64,000 bases of DNA from Octopus vulgaris (taxonomy: Eukaryota). Under the pieces are notes generated by a model. That model saw only the letters and a list, made by a program, of their open reading frames with translations, was not told where the DNA came from and made no database searches. Positions 53,340 through 64,000 of this stretch are shown one piece after another. The translations under genes were made by a program, and so were the position numbers. Position 1 is the stretch's first letter. Each line of letters starts with the position of its first letter. The stretch is taken from NCBI GenBank assembly GCA_951406725.2, contig OX597814.1:164300001-164364000 (forward strand), written 5' to 3'.

Positions 53340-53652
53340 ACAAGGACCAGTTAAAAAATGTTTGAGGGGTTTTTGAATTAGTAAAAAAGCTTTTCACTGC
53401 AACTTCTCTTGGAGAAAAAAATTATCGCTTGAGACTAAAAGCTAAAAGTACCATTGTCAGCATAGAGTTTCCCTGTCTAGATCTGATGAGAACTAGGAGT
53501 TCGGAATGCATGTATACATCAGTCCCATAGGGGGCTCCTGAACTGACAATAGTGTTTTACACTTTTTTGTCTCAAGTGAAATTTTTTTTCTCCATGTGAA
53601 AGCCTTTTACAGGTTCAAATATCCCTCAAAACTTGTTTTGAACTGGTCTTAA
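53340..53652. repeat. Diverged foldback element
   Basis: aggaccagtt...tggagaaaaaaatt...cttgagac...attgtcag is inverted as ctgacaat...gtctcaag...aattttttttctcca...aactggtctt. Confidence 0.8.
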
Positions 53653-53854
53653 GTTTATTCTTAACGAGTATTTTCCCTACCAATAGCATGACAAATCGCA
53701 GTTAATCGAAGTTTTTCACATTAATATTTTATATACGTGACACTCGACTGTATCTGAACATCTACACGCCTCACCCCTACATACATATATGTATGTATGT
53801 CTGCAAATATGCATATACATGATGCATCGTTGTTCCAAAGTTTGAATGTGAATT

Positions 53855-55150
53855 TAGAATCTGGTAGAGGCACCACAGATATGATCTTTAGTGACAGAGA
53901 AGTGCACAAAGCAGAGACTTCCCCTATACAAAGTTTTCGCTGATATAACAAAAACCATTGACATGGTGGCTATAAATGCACTGATAAGAAAATCTTGGAA
54001 AAGTTGAAACTCCCTCATCACCTAAGTTTGTTGATTTGTTTGTTCATCTACACACTTGTACGAAGTCCTACTTATTTCATGTGGTGCTCTATCGAACATG
54101 ATCCATCTTACATCATTACATCTCTGCTTTACTCATCTGGGGCATGGGCCCTGTAACGATGACGTATCAAAATACTGGAGAGACTTCATCAAAAGTATCT
54201 AAGGTATATATAAGACAATAGTTGAAAATCTACCACACTTGAGACGGAAATGTGGATAAAGGCGGACTGTTTTAGTACGAAAATCTTGCTCCATCAAGTA
54301 CCATATGCGATAAGTCTGTCATGTAATCCATCTTGTTGATTTTAGATTTTCAAAGAGATTACTTTATGAAGGATTAGTTCTTGGAAAGTGCCCCTAGCAC
54401 AAACTAAGAGAGAGAGGGGGTGAGTGTGCATGTGAGAGAGGGGTGTGTGTGTGTGTGAGATAGAGAAGAGAGAGAGAGAGAGACCGTGACATCAGAATAA
54501 AACAATCTCAAGTCCTGAAACATCAGTGCCGTTCATTGGGAATATCTTGCACTGAAAAGATGGGAAATAGAAGACTATAACTAAGAAAAGTAGCCACCAA
54601 TTTGAGAAAATTCAAATTTCCCATCCAACAAGGAAATGTAATGCTTGAAAACTAGGACATTATTAAAGCTCTGCGTAGGAAAGGGGCAAGAGATATCCTC
54701 GCTTGAACAGTCTGTCGCTGCATTATAATTTCAAAAGCCTGACTTGTCATCCATAACAGGCTACATATCAGAGACCAGCATGGGATGCATATATCCATAC
54801 AGTTCTAATAACCCCAACAGAGCACTAGTGTCCTTTATATCCAAAAAATGTGCTCAACTACTGCAGGATTGAAAATCAATTTTGAACGAATGCACACAAA
54901 TGCAGTTACACTTGAGATGGTTCGATCAGGTTGCCCCCCCCCCAAGTCTAAGCTAAGAACATTAGACCCCTCTGTAAGAAATCTAGCGAAGGTGTATGGC
55001 AACGATGACAAAAAAAACAAAAAAAACAGAGAACATGGTACACAATTACGAATACAAACAAGAAATAACAACAAGCGTCTTTCGACTGTGAACGAATCAA
55101 ATTGAGCTGGCGTGTATGAAGTGAAAGCCTAAAAGAAGGACCATGGGAGA
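53855..55150 (+). mobile_element. Highly decayed RTE-clade LINE
   Basis: GRGTTDMIF, TK..D.V...AL.KIL RT remnants; C-terminal zinc-finger-like remnants (TVCR...IHNRLH, CSTTAGLK). Confidence 0.6.
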
Positions 55151-55614
55151 TGGGCACAAGAGGTGTTCGCGGTCGGCAGCATGTATGAATGCATATATGT
55201 ATGTGTACACGTATGCACAAATGTATGCATATATGTATTTGTACTCGTATGCATAAGTGCATAATGTTGGCTATGTATGCTGTACCTATTATATGCGCAG
55301 GCCTTGGTTCGGTGTTTTTCATTCAGAAAACTTGCAGTTATCCCCATGAACAAGTCTCCCCTTAACCCCCGTCCCAGCGTCACTTTACTTAAAGGCTGAT
55401 ACAACTGGGCACATGTATCTTCGCCGTATGAATGCAAATCTACCGGCACATACACCCCAAAGCATCCCATCCACCAACACACCACCCAAGATTGGTAACT
55501 TGTTTTTAACCAACTCCGAAAGAATTAAAAGTGAAGTTGATTGCCACTAAATTCGAACTCTGAGCGTAAAGAGTTAGAAGAGATGCCGCGAGACATTCTG
55601 CACCCCTACCTCTC

Positions 55615-56035
55615 TGCCTGTCGTTTTGCCTGTCTGCCTGTTTGCCTGCATGCTTGTCTGTCAGCCTGTCTGCCTGCCTGTCTGTCTATCTGCCTGCTTG
55701 CCTGTCTGCTTGTGTCTGTCTGTCTGTCTGTTTGTTTGACTGTCTGTCTATTTGCCTGCTTGCCTGTCTGTATGTCTTTTTGCCTGTCTGCCTGTCTGTT
55801 TGCCTGTTTATCTGTCAGTCTGTCTGCCTGTCTTTCTATCTATCTGTCTGTTTGACTGTCTGTCTATCTGCCTGCTTGCCTGTCAGTCTGTCTGCCTGTC
55901 TTTCTATCTGTCTGTTTGACTGTCTGTCTATCTGCCTGCCTGTTTGCCTGTCTGCCTGTCTTTTTGCTTGTCTACCTATCTGCCTGTCTGCTTGTCTGTC
56001 AGCCAGTCTGCCTGTCTATCTGTCTGCCTGTCTGC

Positions 56036-56069
<34 letters not shown>

Positions 56070-56375
56070 GCCTGCTTGCCTGCCTGTCTGTCTGTCTGTC
56101 TGTCTATCTGCCTTCTGTGTGCCTGTCTGTCTGCCTGCCTGTTTATCTGTCAGCCTGTCTGCCTGCCAGCCTGTCTGTCTATCTGCCTGCTTGCCTGTCT
56201 GTCTGTTTGACTGTATCTATTTGCCTGCTTGCCTGTCTGTCAGTCTGTCTTTTTGCATGTCTTCCTGGCCTGCTTGTCTGTCAGCCTGTCTGCCTGCCTG
56301 TCTGTTGTCTATCTGTCTGTATGCATGTATGTATGTATATATGTCTGTATGTATGCTCATGTGTGCGTGTGTGTA

Positions 56376-56411
<36 letters not shown>

Positions 56412-56420
56412 TGCGTGAGT
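55615..56420. repeat. Degenerate (CTGT/CTGC)n satellite grading into (TG)n
   Basis: Directly visible. Confidence 0.9.
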
Positions 56421-57169
56421 GTATACATGTACACACATTCGTGGGTGTAATTCAAAGTGAAGTACCATTTTTTTTTTACTTAACAATAAGTTTAAGGTGC
56501 ACCAACATCAGCGTCAACAGCACTAGTGAGAAAAGTGTTAACAGACATAAGAATATACAATAACTACTGTGTTTTTGCTGTTGTTATTGTGTAACCCCCC
56601 CCCCTCTCCACGCTGTTCCGATCAAGTTAACCACTCGTGAAAAGCCGTCACTGTCCATTTTATGTTCAGACATAATATTTCAAAGATTACATTATTCAAC
56701 ACGTCCGTCCTTATCTAAGAAGCTAGAGTTTGATTATGACGGCTATTTGGTTGTTATTTCTAGTGTGTCGAGTGACCACTTAAAGGATTTGCCCTCTTGA
56801 TATATTTGTAATAGGATTTTAAACAATATAATATTGAAAGTGTGGCAACACTCCTCGATATAAGAGCATTGTAATAACACTCCTCAAAATTACTTGGTGA
56901 GGCAATGGTAGTAGTAGTGGTAGCAGCAACAGCAGCAGCAGTTCTAGTTGTTGTTGTTGTTGTCGGTTTGCCTCAAATAAGACAGGATTTTATTTTATTT
57001 TCATGAATATTGAACCTCAGACTAACTCATCAAATGTAATGGTATTGTGTTACTTGAGGAAAATTTGGCTGCTTTTTCAGCATTATTGATTACTCTGAAT
57101 TTCAGAATTTTCTCGGGTGCCTTTCTGAAAAAAAAAATCATTAAAACTTATAATTTTTAACACCATTAA

Positions 57170-57677
57170 AAGGCAAGCTGGCTGAGTCGTTAAAAAGGCA
57201 AGCTGGCAGAGTCGTTAAAAACGCCAGGGAAAGTGCTTAACGACATTTCATCCGTCTTTATGTTCTAAGTTCAAATTCCGCCGAGATCGACTTTTCCTTT
57301 CATCGTTTCAGCAGTCAATAAAATAAGTACGAATCGAGTAATGGGGTCGATGTAATCGACTATCTCCTTCCCCTGAAATGCCTGGCCTTGTGCCAAAATT
57401 TGAAACCAATAATTTTTTACACCATGACAAAGGTGATTTTAATTAATTAAACATTCCTGCGCATTTCTTTTCTATTATAGGCACAAGGCCTGAAATTTGG
57501 GGGAGGTGGATAGTTGATTACATCGACCCCAGTACTCAACTGGTACTTAATTTATCGATTCCGAAAATATGAAAGGTAAAGTCAACCTCGGCTGAATTTG
57601 AACTCAGAACGTAGCGACTGGCGAAATACCGCTTAGCATTTCGTCCAGCATGCTAACAATTCTGCCAGCACGCCGCT
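57170..57677. mobile_element. Tail-to-tail inverted pair of family B SINEs
   Basis: 57170-57410 (+) and 57470-57677 (-). Confidence 0.8.
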
Positions 57678-59012
57678 TTACTATTACTGATAATAATCCT
57701 TTCTACTTTTATGGGGGCCACACTTTTAGGTCTATGCTTATACGACTGGGATGGGGTGGAAAATTTAAGTGCTGTACCCGCTTGGTACGCCTTCCATCGA
57801 TATGAGTTATAGGCTGGCGTGTAGCGCAAGTGCACCAACTGTTTCTTCATCTCTTACTCTGTTTTTAGTATCAGGTTTACTGTTCCGTACCCTGGTCCCT
57901 TCTGATATAGCAGTCCTCCAGCCATCAACGGAAAAGGCCTTTAGAAATCTGTCTGTAGTGCACGATGAACTTTCTGCTATGCAACGGTATGTCACTGTCT
58001 CCTAAATCAGGGATGCACAACCTTTATCGTCTGAAGGTCAAATCGTGAATTCAGTCACTTAAGGCAAGCCGCAAAGTATATAATATAATTAGGATAATCA
58101 AGAAACATACAAAAACAATAGTATAGAAAGAAACTAATATAAGGAGATATAATAGTAAAAGTTAAATATTGTAGGCAACGCTAATTTAAACAGATTCGCA
58201 AGCCCACAAAATATTCGTTGGGAGTCAAAGACAGTTACCTCTTCTGATCAAACATTCTAGAAGATTCCAGAAAATTCTAGGCGAACATGATTAACCTCAT
58301 CTTTGCTAAAGTACAACGCATAACTTCAAAATAGCACACAGGTGGTCGCTAGTAGAACATCGCCTTTTTAAGCGGCATTCCTGCTTAAATCAGCCTCTCT
58401 TCTTTAACTGCTTCTTCTAGACACGACAAGGTCCACCGCGACCTAGAAAGAGCTAGGTATATGAATTCAATATCTGATTCCCTACCAGTAGCTCGTCATG
58501 GTATTCTACGTCTAGTGCCCGTGGAAAGCAAATCTCGTAGCTTGATTTATTTTTATTTACTCAAAGTCATCATGGAACATGGCAAGTCGTTCAAAACCTT
58601 TCTTCTTCCTAGAAATCTTTATCGAACATTGTATACTCACTGTACGTGTTCATATATCACATGTTGGAATAAAATCTTGAACATGAAGCTATTCACACAG
58701 GATAACTGTTATTGTCTTTTATTGCACAGAGGTATTTCATGGGTATTGGATTAATGATTCAGTCCAATTATTGAAGTGCTGACGTTATTATTAGTGACTT
58801 CCCACGCTAAAATACTATTATGTATGTTTTCAGTGTGTGATTGTGGTACAAGCAGTTCGCTATGCTAATTTTCAGTAATTTATTAAAATGAGAACGTCAC
58901 AAATCTGCAGAATATGGTGGAGTTCAGACCAGAAAAGACCAGTAACAGCCGCAGCAGCAGTTACGACAACACTTACTTCTGATTAACGCACGAGACCAGC
59001 AGTTTTAGTGTC

Positions 59013-59212
59013 ATCATCATCATCATCGTTTAACGTTCGTTTTCCGCGCTAGCACGGGTTGGACGGTTCGACCGGGGTCTGGGAAGCCAGGGGCTGCTCC
59101 AGGCTACAGTCTGATCTGGCAGAGTTTCTACGGCTGGATGCCCTTCCTAACGCCAACCACTCCGCGAGTGTAGTGGGTGCTTTTTACGTGCCACCAGCAC
59201 AGGTGCCAGGTG
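59013..59212 (-). mobile_element. Short retroposon 3' part with (GAT)n tail (family D)
   Basis: - strand tggttggcgttaggaagggcatccagccgtagaaac...aacgttaaacgatgatgatg. Confidence 0.6.
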
Positions 59213-59444
59213 GGGGGAGGGGCTAAATAGATACCATGGTCTTTCTACTTGATAAGTACTTCATTTTACACCTACCCAGAAGGATGTTAGACAAAGCTTA
59301 TGTTGGTGGAATTTGAGTTTAGAACGTAAAGATTCGGAACAAATAATCTAGAGTGTTTTGTCTGACGTGCTAACGATTTTGTCTATTCACTGCCCTGGTA
59401 ATAATGATGATGATGATGATGATCATCATCATCATCATGATAAT

Positions 59445-60232
<788 letters not shown>

Positions 60233-60242
60233 TTCCTTAATG

Positions 60243-60291
<49 letters not shown>

Positions 60292-60574
60292 CCCCACCTT
60301 TGCTAAAGTACTGCGCATAACTTCAAAATAACACACAGGAGGTCGCTAATAGAACATCGCCTTAAATCAGCATCTTTTCTCTAACTACTTCTTCTAGATA
60401 CGACAAGGTCCACCGTGAACTAGAGAGAGCTAGGTACATGAATTCGATCTCTGTTTTATTACCAATAACTCAATATGGCACATCTACTACCCTTGGAAAG
60501 TAAATCTCGTAGCTTGATTTATTTCTATTTACACAAAGTCATCATGGAACATGGTAAGTTGTTCAAAATAAACT

Positions 60575-62022
60575 ACAGACAGTACATGGATTTACCAAAG
60601 AAATAAATATGGCTTAGAAAAATGTGCTAAAGCAACCTTGAAAAGAGGAAAACTAGTTAAGAGTAGCAACATCACACTAGACAAAGCCAATGAAATAAGA
60701 GAATTAGATCAAAGCCAGACATACAAATATTTAGGAATCAATGAACTAGATACGGTACACATAAACAAATAAAAGAGAAAATAACGAAAGAATAGTATAG
60801 ACGAGTTAGATCAATACTGAAAACAGAGTTCAATGCTAAAAACAAGATAATAGGTATCAACACTCTAGCCGTTACAGCTACAATATCCTTAGCTGGACAC
60901 TAAATGAACTAACCAAAATAGACTGGAAAGCAAGAAAAATAATGACAGGATCTAGGATGCACCACCCAAAATCTGACATAGAAAGGCTATGTATACAACG
61001 TATAGAAGGTGGTAGAGGCCTTATACAGCTGGAAAACTATTATAAAATAACGACTGCAAAAATACCTACTTCAGAAGCAAGGAAAACTGATACAAATAGC
61101 GGCAAAACACGAGCAAAACAAAAAACTGTTTTCAGTATTTAAGGAAGCTGACAAATACAAGCAAGGATTCATACAACCTAACAAATATGAAGAAGAAGAA
61201 GAAGAAGAAGAAGAAGAAGAAGAAGAAGAAGAAGAAGAAGAAGAAGAAGAAGAAGAAGAAGAAACTAAAGCTATAAAACAAATGAAATCCAAACTAAAAC
61301 TAGAACAGCAACGGACCTTGATAAAACGATGCCAAGAATAGCCCCTACATGGCAAATATTGGGCTAAACTAAACGCAAAAGAAATAGACAGAGAAAACTC
61401 CCAGCAATGGTTAAGAAGCTCAAGACTCAAAGCAGAGACTAAAGGATTTTTAATTGCGGCATAAGACCAAAGCCTCCTCGCCAGAAATTACCAAAACCAT
61501 ATAATGAAAAGAAATATAACAAATAACTGCAGAATATGTGGAGAAGGATAAGAAACAATAAATCATGTTATCTCTGGTTGCCCAGTCCTGGCTAAGAAGG
61601 AATATATTCACAGACATGACAGAGTTGGGACCTTCATACACTGGAAGCTATGCTAACACTATGGAATAACAACAGAAAAAAGATGGTATAAGCACATGCC
61701 AGAAAAGGTCACAAAGAAAACGAGAAGGCAACCATACTATGGGATATGCCCAATACACACAGATAGAGAAAGGCCAATAGGCCAGATATAGTTGTCAGGG
61801 ATCATGAAGAAAAAAAAAATGCTTTCTAATTGATGTATCAATACCAGCAAATGACAAAGTTTCTCTAAAAGAAATGGAGAAATTCTCAAAATACAAAGAC
61901 CTGGAAATAGACGTAACTCGAATGTGGAATCTAAAAGCAGAAACAATTCCTATCATAGTAGGCGCATTAGGTATGATTAAAAAATATTCAGACAAATACA
62001 TAACAATAACACCAGGACTAAC
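60575..62022 (+). mobile_element. Decayed R4/Dong-type LINE, 3' half (RT end, CCHC, restriction-like endonuclease)
   Basis: YKYLGI, MHHPKSDIERL...EGGRGL, CRICG..ETINHVISGC, YIHRHD, NRPDIV, IDVSIP, KYKDL...PIIVGALG; internal (GAA)n. Confidence 0.9.
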
Positions 62023-62039
62023 AAGTGGTGGGTGGGCAC

Positions 62040-62692
62040 CAGTGGATTGTATCGACTCCAGTACTCAACTGGTACTCATTTTATCGATCCTGAAAAGATG
62101 AAAGGCAAAGTCGACCTCGGCGACGAGCGAAATACCTATTTCTTTACTATACACAAGGGGCTAAACATAGAGGGGACAAACAAGGACAGACAAACGGATT
62201 AAGTCGATTACATCGACTCCAGTGCGTCACTGGTACTTAATTTATCGACCCCGAAAGGATGAAAAGTAAAGTCGACCTCGGCGGAATTTGAACTCAGAAC
62301 GCAGCGGCAGACGAAATACCACTAAGCATTTCACCCAGCGTGCTAATGATTCTGCCAGCTCGCCGCCTTCATCATCATCATCATCATCATCATCACCATT
62401 ATTGTTATTATTAGACGTCTCATAGTATTGAAGATATTGTATCTACCAGAGGTTTGCACTGCTATTATTAATAATAAATCCTTTCTACTATAGGCACAAG
62501 GCCTGAAAATTTGTGGGGAGTGGGTAGTCGATTACATCAACCGTAATACTCAACTGGTATGTAATTTACCGACCCCGAAAGGACAAAAGGCAAAGTCGAC
62601 CTCGATGGAATTTGAACTCAGAGCATACTGACAGGAGAAATACTGCTAAGCATTTTGTCCAGCATGCTAACGATTCTGCCAGCTTGCCGCCT
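62040..62692 (-). mobile_element. Family B SINE cluster (fragment 62040-62122, full 62130-62369, 62478-62692)
   Basis: Reverse-complement matches to family B. Confidence 0.82.
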
Positions 62693-62703
62693 TATAATAA
62701 TAA

Positions 62704-62744
<41 letters not shown>

Positions 62745-62922
62745 ATTTTAACACAAGCATAAGGCCTAACATTTGTGTGGATGTTATAGAACTTGATTGG
62801 TATTTCTTTTAACGACTTCGGTAAAATGAATGAGTTCTGACTTTAGTTGAATTTGAACTCAAAACGTAAAGGAACGTTACTAATTCGTAATCCTTCTTTT
62901 ATATCTTATTTCTTCTTCACAG

Positions 62923-63316
62923 TAAAACAAGCAGCACATTTGTCCCACGTCGGTTTAAATTGAATGAGGAAAGAATTAAACACCATTTACGCCAAGATGC
63001 ATCAAAGAAAGAGACAAAAAGTAGTAAATGTAATATTCCTGACCCAAAGAACGGTAGCAATTCTTTATCGAACAACAAAAGTAACAACAAAGAATGCAGG
63101 CGACAGTACTGCGCTAAGTCTTTATCAAACAGCATCAATTCTTCCACAGTTAGTTTAGAATCGACTCCAATCATCACGAAGCAAATGGTTGAAAGAGGAA
63201 CCATGGCTTGTATGCCACACTTATACACTATTTCTATGGAGAAGTCTCAAGCGAGACGAAAGGACCATATCATATTAAAGGACCACAATGGGCATTGCGT
63301 TGGTTATGCTATACCT
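62923..63316 (+). CDS. Cytoplasmic-tail exon of the Sushi protein
   Basis: Long polypyrimidine acceptor ttcttcttcacag|T completes phase-2 CG+T; open KTSSTFVPRRFK...CVGYAIP; donor CCT|GTAAGT, phase 0. Confidence 0.78.
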
Positions 63317-63490
63317 GTAAGTATAATTATATACCACAGTATATACAGCTCCGTGTAAGACCTGTAGTGAATCTTGCATGCATGAAGTGGATTCGATCCA
63401 CCATAGCCAAATTTAAATTAACACTGCAACAGAACTGTTCCCACGGTGGAACAACGGTTTTTCTCTGACGGCAGTTTTTATATTTTCCAG

Positions 63491-63514
63491 ATGCCTTTAG
63501 CTAGGCCGAAATAA
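63491..63514 (+). CDS. Probable terminal coding exon (MPLARPK*) of the Sushi protein
   Basis: Acceptor tattttccag| 174 nt downstream of the donor, phase 0, TAA at 63512-63514. Confidence 0.55.
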   Translation: MPLARPK

Positions 63515-64000
63515 TGTCTTCACCACTTGACCCTTTCTAACCTCTTCTACTTCACCAAAAGCTAGAATAGATAACAAGACCACCAACTAAAACTATTGTT
63601 CTCGATGATATATCTATCCTTCTGGATCTTTATATAAGCAAGCACATCCCAAGCAAAACGCAGTTCGTCACAGTTGTGACGACTCAACGGAGTTAGTCAC
63701 AGTTGGTGACGACTCAACGAGGTCTGGCTGACCAACCTTGGTCAGAGGGAGAAAGCAACTGTGAGACAACACCCTACAATTCTCTCTAGCTCTAATTCTG
63801 TTCTCTTACAACATTATTCTATCTCTCTCTCTGTAATTACTACTACTAAACAATGAAGAGGACACAAACACAAACTTTACTTCGCATGCTTTTGGATTTA
63901 TTACAACCTGCCCGTCGAGGCAATTCCTAGCCGTTACAGACCACAATATAATTATGTAGTAGTTTCGGTCAATCAGCATATATTACCAGTGCTTACTTAT

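Noticed and set aside
63590-63940. Solo LTR (TATA-like motif, 27-bp tandem repeat, ...ttaca end); similar case at 11290-11642
   Set aside because: No TSD, PBS/PPT or second copy seen to confirm.

Overview
AT-rich, microsatellite- and transposon-dense eukaryotic DNA. The SINE repertoire and repeat style point to a cephalopod, most likely Octopus (inferred, not verified). Two spliced host genes can be built on the + strand with phase-consistent GT-AG junctions. (1) A two-coding-exon class A GPCR (131-408 + 4267-5209, 406 aa). (2) A single Sushi/CCP-domain, single-pass membrane protein (46795/46822-47083, 48298-48388, 62923-63316, 63491-63514); the ORF track misses its TM exon and terminal exon. 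The rest is mobile DNA: at least three SINE families, decayed R4/Dong-type and RTE-type LINEs, Penelope, Helitron, piggyBac, mariner and Merlin-like elements. The most striking unannotated signal is a set of short (TA)n-targeted elements, some as long inverted repeats, carrying minimal type I hammerhead-ribozyme-like motifs. One has a U3-A8 covariant core inside a 268-bp near-perfect foldback. There is also an isolated pri-miRNA-sized hairpin just upstream of the Sushi exon. Most ORFs in the track are microsatellite artefacts. All family assignments are from motif recognition by eye; no searches were run.
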